Notes under the pieces: generated by a model
What the model was told of the DNA's origin: nothing
Databases searched by the model: none
What the model saw: the letters and a program-made list of their open reading frames with translations, nothing else
Shown here: positions 9,601 through 18,263 of the stretch, piece by piece
Layout: every line of letters begins with the position of its first letter
How positions within the stretch are numbered: position 1 is the stretch's first letter
Virus record (IMG/VR): IMGVR_UViG_3300030085_002231
Location: 1 to 64,000 of that record
Length of the DNA: 64,000 nucleotides
Origin: a virus
Direction: 5' to 3' (one strand)
Program-made: the position numbers and the translations under genes

Positions 9601-11924
9601 TCCAAGTTTACTTAAACGGCCTGTTACTTCCTGAAGATGAATACACATTTACAAATGGCTCTGTAACACTACGCACTGTTACTGACTCAGGTGATCAATT
9701 ACAAATAATTAAAACGAATGCAAACTTATCACCACTCAATCAAACAATATTTGAATATGCAGTTGATAGTGATAACACTACTACGTTTTCAGGTAATGAT
9801 AGAAACGGCAAGCCACTAGCATTCAATAGGTCAGACCAACAAGCGATCTACTTAAATGGTATATTACAGACATCCGAAGACTTTAGTATCAATACAGTTA
9901 CAGATACTTTAACTTTAAATGTTGGTGCCGACTCAGGTGATCTTCTACAAATTGTTAGACTTTCTGGTAATACACTTCAAGGTTTGGATTCAAATGCTGT
10001 CGATCAAATGTTTGACAGTCATGTATCAAACCTAGTTGCTACAACTGCAGGTGTGGATTCTGGTTCAATCCAAAGGATGATTGACTCAAACTTCCACGGC
10101 GATTCAGCTGTAATACGAAGAATGATTGATTCACAAGTCGATTCATCTTTTGTACAAACCAGAACTATGATTGGTCTAAGTGACATTAATTTTGGACCAC
10201 ATAAAATTTTATATGCTAATGTATATGATTCACCTGATCTATTCCCAAGTGCTGCCACTTACCATGGTATGTTTGCTCATGCACATAATACCGGCGCTGG
10301 ATATTTTGCTCATGCAGGAGGATGGATAAGATTAGCAAATCACGGTGATCTTGGTACTGATTCGAATGCTACCGATCAAATGATTGACAGTGCTATAGGA
10401 TTCTTGTCTACTAACTCACGTCCTGGTGTGCATGGTTTATTAGATTCCACTGATATTGACCAGATGTTGGATAGTGCCTTTGGTGCATTTACTCCTTCTA
10501 CTGCAACATTTACAGCGCACGCTCTGGACTCAAATGCAGTCGATCAAATGTTTGACAGCCATATGTCTAACGTCACTCATGGTGGTGGCGGAGGAGGTGG
10601 AGGCCTCGATTCTGCAGCTGTAAGAATCATAGCTGATAGTGCTACTGATCCTGTAGAATTTAAACAAACACAATTCTTCTTTAGAGCTGATAGTGTTGAG
10701 AGAGACTTCTTTGCAGATAGTGACGGCAATGCATTATCGCTAGACTCAGGTGCATTTCAAGTCTACTTGAATGGTTTATTACTACCTGAAGTAGAATACT
10801 ACAACACTAAAACATCTTTCCACTTGAATACAAGTGCAGATTCAGGTGATAACATAAGCTTAATTAAGTTTACTGGTAACAACATTGAGTTAACTAAGCG
10901 TGGTCTAACTGAGACTCGATACTTCTTTACAACTGCTTCACCTACTACGTCTATAACTGGTACAGATGATAATGGTGTAACTCTTGATTATTCAGACGGA
11001 TTGATAGATGTTTACCTAAACGGTATACTACTAAAAGATTCAGATGACTTCACTACTAACATTGGTGGCACGGCAATAACACTTGTTAGTGCAACTGATT
11101 CAAGCGATGTTGTAGCGATCATTAATAAGAAAGGTGTAGTAGTAACACCAAGCTTAAAGAAATTTGAATATACTGCAACAGCCGGACAGACGGTATTTAC
11201 CGGTGCAGACCTACACAGTAACACACTATCGTACGTACCTGGAGCGATACAAGTACATGTCAATGGTATCTTACTCAAAGATATTGACTTCAGCACTAAC
11301 GGTAACGGCACTGCAGTTACTCTAGTAGAATCAGCAAGCTTAAACGACGATGTAGTAATATCTACCTTCGCTGCACCAGGTGCTAACCTTACACTCTTTA
11401 AGTATGTCGCAGACTCAGGTCAAACAGTGTTCACCGGTGCAGATGCTGCTAGTAACACTCTGTCATATATGCCTAGCAACATACAACTCTTTATGAACGG
11501 GTTGTTACTTAACGATTCAGATGACTACACGGCACAAAACGGACAGTCAGTTATATTGAACACTGCAGCTGCGGCACTCGATGAAATTAAGATTGTATCC
11601 TTTGTCAATAACAATAACAACCTTAGAGTCAACGCTTGGTCGGACTATGATTCAACTGCATCGAATGCAGTAGCCGGCGATAAACTCTTTGTCAATACAT
11701 TAAGCGGTGCACATACAATTACACTGCCTGCATCAGCAAACAAAGGTGATGAGATAAGAGTGATAGATGCTGAGGGCAACGCCGCTACAAACAACATTAC
11801 AATAGGAAGAAACAGCCACAGGATTATGGGTGCTGATTCAGACTTTATCATTAACTTAGACAGAGCAGCGATTGGTTTCGTATACTTCAACGATTCAAAC
11901 GGCTGGCTATTATTAGAGAACTAA
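6603..11924 (+). CDS. long tail-fibre/whisker-like protein (1773 aa), DS-repeat rich, with a cupredoxin-like domain and a gp34-like C-terminal repeat
   Basis: LARGELAY N-terminus; TTDDLTEG.NLYYT fibre motifs; QVYLNG.LL repeats; C-terminal LFVNTLSGAHTITLPAS...IDAEGNAATNNITI. Confidence 0.85.
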   Translation: MAFHITIKNSITNKRPNNLARGELAYSFASGDSGQTLYIGSADSGISFAIGGAFFTDMLDHTKGVLTPSSAIITDANNKIDKLLVDNTVIDSGDIRTDGNLSLLPSGGSVLVSGTVRTTGQFVGVYAGFDSDFGLKTTDDLTEGSTNLYYTTARHDSDTLSQVDSAYIRARQLTDFPYVDSATVSRMIDSATGGIDSAVLTRIINLQTIDSAQVDQMLDSAINAFGIDSNSVDQMIDSAVGFLSTNSRPGVHGLLDSTDVDQMIDSAIGAFHIDSASVDQMIDSALQFASTNSRPGQHGLIDSQDVDQMIDSAVSKTHIDTLEIDAGTLDGINSSQFLRSDEDDTISANLTVDSNLVIGGQLHGPANFIIDPATIGDNTGTVQILGNLQVQGTQTTINSTTVSLNDKNLVLADSAADSAAADGAGLTINGAGATLTYSASLDDFVFNKPITAPNINVDTITVTETIVGGYAGFDSDFSQKSTSDLSEGTNLYHTKARVQTLLDSSGHLDSTGVDQMIDSAIGAFGIDSNSVDQMLDSAFNAFTPDTSAFTANALDSSSVNQMIDSATSFIQGARVSFNVAHSGSSNYQFTGDGFTGATANPALYLTRGVEYYFYLDVSGHPFFINTTNSTGTGNQYTDGVTNNGAQTGLLSFIVPMNAPNILHYNCQYHSGMNGPIYIMDQNSFIDSDEVDRMLDSALTAREALIDQRAIDSALVMQMVDSSNANFGNPNSFVDSTGVDQMIDSAFGAFTPVTSTFTAHALDSNATDQMIDSAITGPIRSHIQSFGFLDSNLIDQMFDSHQSNVTHGGGGGGGGGGGLDSNAVDQMFDSHLSNVLHSGGAGGGLDSNPVQRMIDSSAFTGDSADIRRMIDSDLDSAITGPIRTHIQSFGFVANALDSNSVDQMLDSAFNAFTPATSTFTAHALDSNAVDQMFDSHLSNVTHGGGGGGGTGGLDSAEVLRITQGTATALTITNFMVTADSNQGEFTRDSDDVAISIDSNQFQVYLNGLLLPEDEYTFTNGSVTLRTVTDSGDQLQIIKTNANLSPLNQTIFEYAVDSDNTTTFSGNDRNGKPLAFNRSDQQAIYLNGILQTSEDFSINTVTDTLTLNVGADSGDLLQIVRLSGNTLQGLDSNAVDQMFDSHVSNLVATTAGVDSGSIQRMIDSNFHGDSAVIRRMIDSQVDSSFVQTRTMIGLSDINFGPHKILYANVYDSPDLFPSAATYHGMFAHAHNTGAGYFAHAGGWIRLANHGDLGTDSNATDQMIDSAIGFLSTNSRPGVHGLLDSTDIDQMLDSAFGAFTPSTATFTAHALDSNAVDQMFDSHMSNVTHGGGGGGGGLDSAAVRIIADSATDPVEFKQTQFFFRADSVERDFFADSDGNALSLDSGAFQVYLNGLLLPEVEYYNTKTSFHLNTSADSGDNISLIKFTGNNIELTKRGLTETRYFFTTASPTTSITGTDDNGVTLDYSDGLIDVYLNGILLKDSDDFTTNIGGTAITLVSATDSSDVVAIINKKGVVVTPSLKKFEYTATAGQTVFTGADLHSNTLSYVPGAIQVHVNGILLKDIDFSTNGNGTAVTLVESASLNDDVVISTFAAPGANLTLFKYVADSGQTVFTGADAASNTLSYMPSNIQLFMNGLLLNDSDDYTAQNGQSVILNTAAAALDEIKIVSFVNNNNNLRVNAWSDYDSTASNAVAGDKLFVNTLSGAHTITLPASANKGDEIRVIDAEGNAATNNITIGRNSHRIMGADSDFIINLDRAAIGFVYFNDSNGWLLLEN
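7130..10645 (+). repeat. degenerate peptide repeats DSxxVDQM(I/L/F)DS joined by recurring linker blocks
   Basis: More than 20 copies of DSxx(V/T/I)(D/Q)(Q/R)MxDS; recurring blocks STNSRPG(V/Q)HGL, AF(G/N)AFTPxT, AITGPIRxHIQSFGF, HxSNV(T/L)H + Gly run. Confidence 0.9.
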
Positions 11925-11925
11925 G

Positions 11926-13083
11926 ATGGCAAACACACTATCTAAACAGAGAGAAATAGCGATATTAGGTGCCACAGGTGTCAGTAGAATGATTGACTCT
12001 GCAGATGTTGATAATATTGTTGGTAACTCAACATATCTAAATGCTAGAAATCTTCTCCATAATGCTGCTATGTATGTAGATCAAAGAAATGAGGGATCGG
12101 CAGTTACTCCAGCAAACGCTACAATAACTTTCGGACCTGATCGTTGGTTCATGTACAAGAATACAGCAGCAACATTTACAATAGAACAAGATACTGAAGC
12201 ACCTGCCGGTTTTAAATACTCATTGAAAGTAACAAACACTGGAACTGACAGTTCTATATCTGCAACAGATAGAGCTCTTATAATACACAGATTAGAAGGA
12301 CAAGACGTTTATCATTTGGGACTTGGAACTTCAGGTGCTGCTACAGTTACACTATCATTCTATGTACGAAGTTCTATAACAGGCACACACGGCGGTGCAA
12401 TCAGAAACCATGATTCGAATCAACGGAACTTTCCTTTCACATATACTATAAGCTCAGCTAACACGTGGGAAAGAAAATCTATAACTCTTACTTTAGACAC
12501 TAGCGGTACATGGCCATCTGATAACACTTTAGGATTACAAGTTCAATTTGGTCTTGGTGTTGGAACAGACTTTTCTGGAACTGCAGATGCGTGGGCAGAT
12601 GGTGATAAAAATTCTGCGACTGGTGCAACCACTGCCATGCTTTCTACATCTAGTGCAACATGGTATGTAACAGGAATACAGTTAGAACTTGGAAGTATAG
12701 CAACACCATTTGAGCATCTGTCATTTGCTGAATATAAACGAAAATGTCTTAGATATTATTATCGTTACAGAAAAACTATTGCATACGGAATGTTTGTAAC
12801 TACTAGATCATGGAGTACAACCAATGCTGATGGAATTCATTCTTTTCCAACTTCTATGCGTGCCGCTCCAACTTTATCTATCGATAAAACTGTTAATTCT
12901 ACAAATTTTGCGACACAGATAAGTGTCATAGCCATAACAGAAGTTGAAGCCGATTTTAGCAGTGCGGGTATACGTTGTACTGGCGTAGGTTATACAGCAG
13001 GTGGTGGCAACGTTATACAAACCAACGGCGCATCCAGTGCAATAGACTGTTCATTTAATTTTGATGCGGAGATGACAACATGA
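11926..13083 (+). CDS. tail fibre/receptor-binding protein with carbohydrate-binding-like domain
   Basis: RNLLHNAAMYVDQR...DRW, TLSFYVRSS..GT, GIQLELGSIATPFEH...CLRYY. Confidence 0.7.
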   Translation: MANTLSKQREIAILGATGVSRMIDSADVDNIVGNSTYLNARNLLHNAAMYVDQRNEGSAVTPANATITFGPDRWFMYKNTAATFTIEQDTEAPAGFKYSLKVTNTGTDSSISATDRALIIHRLEGQDVYHLGLGTSGAATVTLSFYVRSSITGTHGGAIRNHDSNQRNFPFTYTISSANTWERKSITLTLDTSGTWPSDNTLGLQVQFGLGVGTDFSGTADAWADGDKNSATGATTAMLSTSSATWYVTGIQLELGSIATPFEHLSFAEYKRKCLRYYYRYRKTIAYGMFVTTRSWSTTNADGIHSFPTSMRAAPTLSIDKTVNSTNFATQISVIAITEVEADFSSAGIRCTGVGYTAGGGNVIQTNGASSAIDCSFNFDAEMTT

Positions 13084-13274
13084 GTATGATGACATACAAC
13101 TTTACAAATTTAAAATATCTTGCAGATCAAAATGGAAACAATTGTTCCATACTTTTTAACTGCAATGGACAAACAGAAATGTCCGTTGGAGTAAATTCAG
13201 TAAACAATGTACATTATGATGAAATAATGAGGCAGGTTGCGGCAGGAACTATTACAATCGCAGACGCTGATTAG
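13080..13274 (+). CDS. small tail-fibre partner/chaperone
   Basis: NNVHYDEIMRQVAAGTITIADAD C-terminus; overlaps the fibre stop codon. Confidence 0.6.
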   Translation: MSMMTYNFTNLKYLADQNGNNCSILFNCNGQTEMSVGVNSVNNVHYDEIMRQVAAGTITIADAD

Positions 13275-13283
13275 TAGGAAAAA

Positions 13284-14978
13284 ATGAGTAGAACTAGAGA
13301 CATAGTAGATATTCTGTCAGTGACAGAAAAAGAAAATCCAAACAATAGAGCATTACTCGATAGTAGTGATCTAGGAGTTACGGTTGCTGGCAATCCTCTA
13401 CAGTATTTTGATACTTTAGATTCATTACCTTCTACAAATCTGTCAGCTGGTGATACAGCGTATGTCTCAGCATCTAATAGATTTTATCTTTCAAATGGTA
13501 ATGGCTGGTATAACGTAGCATTAGTTAACGTCACCCCAAGTCTAACTATCAGTCCATCAGGTGCAATAGCGTTGAGTAGTGCCGGCACTGCTACTGTTAT
13601 AACACTCACTGGACAAGACTCTGACAATGCTAACTTAACGTTTAGTGTAGAGTCAGACGGTACATTCTTAGGTCTTGGAACTATTGTTCAGGATTCTAGT
13701 GTATTTACTATTACGCCTTTTAGCGAAGACTCTGCTACACAGACATCATCAACTCTTACCTTTAAGGTTACTGACGGCGTTGGTATAGGTTCAGGTACAA
13801 CTTCACTATCACTTACTTTTGGCATTGACTGGGGAAGTGTAACATATTATAGAACAGAGTTTGGTGGGCCAGACGGAGGATACTACACTAACGAATCAGT
13901 ACATATGACTGATAGTGGTACAAGATGTTTTGCAGGTGGTACTGGTGGTAACGGCGTATTAAACGCTTATGTGTGGCATGATTCGAATAAGACATGGACA
14001 CAAGAAGCTACAATTGTAGCCAGTAATGGAGCTTCTAGCGATCAGTTTGGTCAATCTGTAGACGCTAATCATGACGCTACAAAATTAATAATCGGTGCAC
14101 CTGGACAAGCCTCAAACACTGGGTCAGCATATTACTTTACACGCAGTGGCTCTACTTACACTCAAGTTCAAGAAATTGCTGCGTCAGGAATGTCGGGTTC
14201 AAACACGTATTTTGGTTCAGAAGTTTGCATGAGTCGCGATGGTAACCGTATAGGAATATCAGCACCGAATAACTATAGTCAAAACTATGGAAGCATACAT
14301 ACGTATTACTTAGACGGAGGCACTTATTCAGCAAGTACGTCTTGGACCGGTGCTAGTAATAACTATTATATAGGTCGTTATATGGAGATGGATCATACTG
14401 GTGACAGGATTTTTGCTACATCTCATTCTACGATCGGAGAAAATTACGTTCGTAGATGGAACGGATCGGCGTTTGTTGCAGAGCAAACTATATCAATTTC
14501 AAGTACAAGAGAAATTACTACTAATGGCGACGGAAGTATTCTTGCTATAGGTAATGTTCCTTTAGAAGTTAACATCTATAATAGATCAGGCACTACTTGG
14601 TCTAAAGCTGATTCAATTGGAATGCATGAATTAAACACTGCCGGCACTGCTGTTGCAGGTTTTGGATATAATGTATCATTGAGTGATGACGGCCTGTTAC
14701 TTTATATAGGCTCACAAGATGGAAATCCTGAAATTTCTTATCTCTTAGATAGAGATAGTGTAGGCGCAAGCTTTTCACCAGCCCTTAAAATAGACGAGCA
14801 ACATAGAGATTCAGCAAACGGTTGGAGTGATATGTTTAACAGTTTTGGTCATGGAGCGGTGGCCAAAAATACAAAAGATGCGTTTGGAATAGGAGGTTGG
14901 TATCAAAAAGCTGAAAACGCTTTAGGCACACCTGGTCCAAGTAGCGCTAGAGGTATACTCACACTATATCATACTTAA
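13284..14978 (+). CDS. modular virion fibre paralogue 1 (shared 179-aa N-module + FG-GAP-like beta-propeller)
   Basis: Shared N-terminus; FGQSV...IIGAPG..GSAYYF repeats. Confidence 0.75.
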   Translation: MSRTRDIVDILSVTEKENPNNRALLDSSDLGVTVAGNPLQYFDTLDSLPSTNLSAGDTAYVSASNRFYLSNGNGWYNVALVNVTPSLTISPSGAIALSSAGTATVITLTGQDSDNANLTFSVESDGTFLGLGTIVQDSSVFTITPFSEDSATQTSSTLTFKVTDGVGIGSGTTSLSLTFGIDWGSVTYYRTEFGGPDGGYYTNESVHMTDSGTRCFAGGTGGNGVLNAYVWHDSNKTWTQEATIVASNGASSDQFGQSVDANHDATKLIIGAPGQASNTGSAYYFTRSGSTYTQVQEIAASGMSGSNTYFGSEVCMSRDGNRIGISAPNNYSQNYGSIHTYYLDGGTYSASTSWTGASNNYYIGRYMEMDHTGDRIFATSHSTIGENYVRRWNGSAFVAEQTISISSTREITTNGDGSILAIGNVPLEVNIYNRSGTTWSKADSIGMHELNTAGTAVAGFGYNVSLSDDGLLLYIGSQDGNPEISYLLDRDSVGASFSPALKIDEQHRDSANGWSDMFNSFGHGAVAKNTKDAFGIGGWYQKAENALGTPGPSSARGILTLYHT

Positions 14979-14990
14979 GAGAAAAAAACA

Positions 14991-14998
14991 TATAAATA
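14991..14998 (+). promoter_or_regulatory. T4-type late promoter TATAAATA
   Basis: Exact consensus upstream of gp13. Confidence 0.75.
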
Positions 14999-15031
14999 GT
15001 CAAAAGATTCTTTACTTTGGAGACTATTTCT

Positions 15032-15787
15032 ATGGCAAACCCAACTTCTAGGGATACGCTGATTGATTATTGTAAAAGGCAACTAGGTGATCCAGTACTA
15101 GAAATCAATGTAGATGAAGATCAGGTAGAAGATCGCATTGATGAAGCCCTACAATACTATCAAGAATATCATTCAGATGCCACGATTAGGACATATCTGA
15201 AACACCTCGTTACAGCTGACGACGTGACCAATGAGTATATTCCTATTTCGAGTGACGTACTCTACGTTTCAAGATTGTTTCCAGTATCAAGCGCTTTTAA
15301 TTCTTCATTTAATTTCTTCGACATTAAATATCAGATGATGTTAAATGATATTGCTGATTTGCAAAACTTTGCCGGTGATTTAGCATATTATGAACAGATG
15401 CAGCAATATCTTTCAATTCTCGATATGAAATTAAATGGACACCCTCAGACTACATTTGCTCGTCACCAAGATAGGTTATACATTCACGGCGAGTTTAAGA
15501 GTGAAGATATAAAAGAGGGTGAGTACATCGTAGCAGAAATATATTCAATACTAGATCCAGATTCACACACATCAATTTACAACGACTTGTGGCTAAAAGA
15601 GTATGCAACTGCTCTCATAAAGCGTCAATGGGGTATGAACCTGTTGAAATTCGATGGCGTCCAACTTCCTGGTGGAGTGTTGCTCAATGGACGTCAGCTT
15701 TATGATGATGCCACTGCAGATATAGATAGGTTAAGAGAGAGAATAAGAAGCGAGTTTGAATTACCGGCAGACTTTTTTATGGGTTAG
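15032..15787 (+). CDS. gp13: neck protein gp13
   Basis: MANPTSR..LIDYC.RQLG.PVLEINVDEDQ..DRIDEALQ; QWGMNLLKFDGVQLPGGV.LNG; ATG at 15032 after GGAG. Confidence 0.92.
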   Translation: MANPTSRDTLIDYCKRQLGDPVLEINVDEDQVEDRIDEALQYYQEYHSDATIRTYLKHLVTADDVTNEYIPISSDVLYVSRLFPVSSAFNSSFNFFDIKYQMMLNDIADLQNFAGDLAYYEQMQQYLSILDMKLNGHPQTTFARHQDRLYIHGEFKSEDIKEGEYIVAEIYSILDPDSHTSIYNDLWLKEYATALIKRQWGMNLLKFDGVQLPGGVLLNGRQLYDDATADIDRLRERIRSEFELPADFFMG

Positions 15788-15791
15788 TTAA

Positions 15792-16388
15792 ATGGCTAGA
15801 AACTTTTACTTCTCGGAAAAAGTCAGGTCGGAGATGGACCTGTACGAAGACATTATTATTGAGTCCATGAAGATTTATGGGCAGGATGTTTATTACTTAC
15901 CGAGAACACTCGTAAATGAAGATAAGATACTAGGCGATGATGTTGCTTCATCATTCGATGCCTCATATAAGATTGAGATGTACATTGAAAATGCTGAAGG
16001 TTTTGACGGTGAAGGTGATCTATTTACTAAATTCGGCGTTGAAATAAGAGATGAAGCAACCTTTATTGTAGCCAGGCGTAGGTGGAAGAACACAGTTCGT
16101 CGAGCTGCAAACGCTATACAAGGTGACAGGCCGACTGAAGGTGATTTAATTTACTTGCCTTTATCTAAATCTTTATTTCAAATAAATCATGTGGAACATG
16201 AACAACCTTTCTACGCTATAGAAAACTTACCTACATTTAAGTTAAGATGTCAGCTGTTCGAATATGTTGGCGAAGATCTCGATACCGGCATTGAAACAAT
16301 AGATAATATAGAGAAAGATTATGCTTATAGTTATAATCTAAGACTTAAGTTGCCTAAGCAAGCAACAGGAACTGCGAGTATTTCATAA
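15792..16388 (+). CDS. gp14: neck protein gp14, N-terminal conserved domain
   Basis: IESMKIYGQDVYYLPR, EGFDGEGDLFTKFGVEIRDE, RPTEGDLIYLP, VEHEQPFY. Confidence 0.9.
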   Translation: MARNFYFSEKVRSEMDLYEDIIIESMKIYGQDVYYLPRTLVNEDKILGDDVASSFDASYKIEMYIENAEGFDGEGDLFTKFGVEIRDEATFIVARRRWKNTVRRAANAIQGDRPTEGDLIYLPLSKSLFQINHVEHEQPFYAIENLPTFKLRCQLFEYVGEDLDTGIETIDNIEKDYAYSYNLRLKLPKQATGTASIS

Positions 16389-17206
16389 TGGCTGCGAAAG
16401 GTGTAAAAACTTTAACGATTACTGACAGTGGAGAAAGATTTAGTTTTTCGCCGTATGTAAAGTTTACTTTACCTGATGAAGACTCAAGAAATGCTGGTGG
16501 ATTAATAACACTCGATGACTCTGGCAAAATAGCTTCAATTACAATTACAGATAGCGGCAACTATTATACATCAGCACCGACTGTGACTATTGCAACAGAT
16601 AGTGCTAATGATAGTGCAGCCGTAACTGCACTAATTACACGAGGACAGGTTTCTGGTTTCACCATTACCGATTCAGGTTTTGGCATGGATTCATGCAGAC
16701 TGATAATTACTGCGCCTAATGGTACACCTGGAGATTTTGTTGCACAGGCTAGAACACTAATAGATTCGAGTTCTGAAAAAGTATCACAGCTTATTTTAGT
16801 AGATAGCGGAAACTTTTATTTGAATCCACCTACTATGACAATACACGGCGGTAATAACATAGAAAGCAGCTATGAAAGAGATGATAACATAGAGCAAACT
16901 TTATCAAGTGGAGTAAAGATTAGAGGTGAAGTACTTAATTACTTATTAGATTCTGATGGTGATTCTGCTAGAGTATTAAGAGTTGGTCATGTCGGTGCCG
17001 ATGACGGTAAGTTCCGTGAGTTCGTGGTAAATAGACAAGTAGTAAATACTAGTCAATCTTTTACTAAAGGCCTTGAAGTAATTGGAGTTGATGAAGAGAA
17101 CCGCATGTCAGAAAATGAACAAAATGAATTCTTTACGACATCTGATATCGATGACTTCTTGAACTTTAGTGAAGATAACCCATTTGGTGATCCGGAGAAT
17201 CAGTAA
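16388..17206 (+). CDS. gp14 C-terminal part encoded as a separate ORF, DS-rich
   Basis: Ends with gp14-like tail DDFLNFSEDNPFGDP; ITDSG...APTVT repeats. Confidence 0.7.
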   Translation: MAAKGVKTLTITDSGERFSFSPYVKFTLPDEDSRNAGGLITLDDSGKIASITITDSGNYYTSAPTVTIATDSANDSAAVTALITRGQVSGFTITDSGFGMDSCRLIITAPNGTPGDFVAQARTLIDSSSEKVSQLILVDSGNFYLNPPTMTIHGGNNIESSYERDDNIEQTLSSGVKIRGEVLNYLLDSDGDSARVLRVGHVGADDGKFREFVVNRQVVNTSQSFTKGLEVIGVDEENRMSENEQNEFFTTSDIDDFLNFSEDNPFGDPENQ

Positions 17207-17469
17207 TGGCACATAAAATTTCATTTAGTAGAAAATTACCAGTTGAAAGTCAGCCAGCTGAAACTAATGGCCCTGGTGCAGCTGTGTATAAAAAGTATGA
17301 AAGTGAAAATAAAATTGTTAAATTTTCTATTCAACAATTAACTGATGAATTAGATAATATAGAAATAGTTTTTGATAGCAAAACTAGTGCTGATGATTTT
17401 TTATCAGAAATGGAAGAAATATCAGGTCCTGGTTCTTATGAATCAGAAATTTTAAGAGAAGACGTTTAA
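17206..17469 (+). CDS. hypothetical protein
   Basis: 87-aa AT-rich ORF coupled by TAATG at both ends. Confidence 0.6.
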   Translation: MAHKISFSRKLPVESQPAETNGPGAAVYKKYESENKIVKFSIQQLTDELDNIEIVFDSKTSADDFLSEMEEISGPGSYESEILREDV

Positions 17470-18263
17470 TGTTTGGTGGACATTTTTATCACGAAAGAAT
17501 TAGAAAATCAGTCGCTGTATTTGGCAGACTGTTTAACAACTTATACGTGGTAAGAAAAGATGCTGCAGGTGGTGTATTGAATCAGATGAAAGTTCCGCTA
17601 TCTTACGCGCCAAAGAATAAGTTTTTAGATAGAATAAGAGAGAATCCGAGTTTACAAGATGATACAAGGGTGGCGATTAAGCTACCAAGGATGTCTTTTG
17701 AAATTACAGATATATCATATGATTTAACTCGACAATTGACTAAGGTAAGTAATTTCAATACAGTCGGTAACACTAGAGAAACAAGAAATAAATTCTTTTC
17801 ACCTGTACCATACAATATTGGTTTCTCATTAAATATATTTGCTAAAAGTCAAGAAGACGCCTTGCAATTAGTTGAGCAGATTTTACCTACGTTTAATCCT
17901 CAATATACAATATCGATATTTCCTTTCAAAGATATATACCCAACCTTTGTCGAGGACGTACCGATTGTTATAACGAGTGTTTCATTTAGTGATGACTTCG
18001 AAGGTCAATTAGAAACACGAAGAACTATAATATACACATTAACATTTGAAATGAAAGTTCAATTTTATGGAAACATAGAGAATAAAAATATTATTCGTAA
18101 GTCACAGGCAAACGTATTCGAATCTAAAGCAGGTTTGGGCGGCGATTCAGATGTATACTTAGAAAGAGTAACGGTTACACCTGACCCGATAACAGCAATG
18201 GGTATGCCTGACAGTGACTTTGGTTTCACTGAAGAAATTAAACTAGGAGTGGATAGCGCATAA
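17469..18263 (+). CDS. gp15: tail sheath stabiliser gp15
   Basis: FYHERIRKSVAVFGRLFNN, KVPLSYAPK.KF, LPRMSFE, EQILPTFNP. Confidence 0.92.
   Translation: MFGGHFYHERIRKSVAVFGRLFNNLYVVRKDAAGGVLNQMKVPLSYAPKNKFLDRIRENPSLQDDTRVAIKLPRMSFEITDISYDLTRQLTKVSNFNTVGNTRETRNKFFSPVPYNIGFSLNIFAKSQEDALQLVEQILPTFNPQYTISIFPFKDIYPTFVEDVPIVITSVSFSDDFEGQLETRRTIIYTLTFEMKVQFYGNIENKNIIRKSQANVFESKAGLGGDSDVYLERVTVTPDPITAMGMPDSDFGFTEEIKLGVDSA

Noticed and set aside
7130-10645. Recurring gatcaaatg...gatag DNA motif as a CRISPR-like array
   Set aside because: Repeats are degenerate at third codon positions, in frame within one ORF and irregularly spaced; no cas genes.
6603-11924. DS motifs as the Bacteroidetes D-(S/T)-(A/L/V/I/M/T) sequon used by a host enzyme
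   Set aside because: The following residue is often N, D, G, H or S, DT is not enriched, that system is periplasmic, and host clues point to Proteobacteria. Kept only as an analogy.
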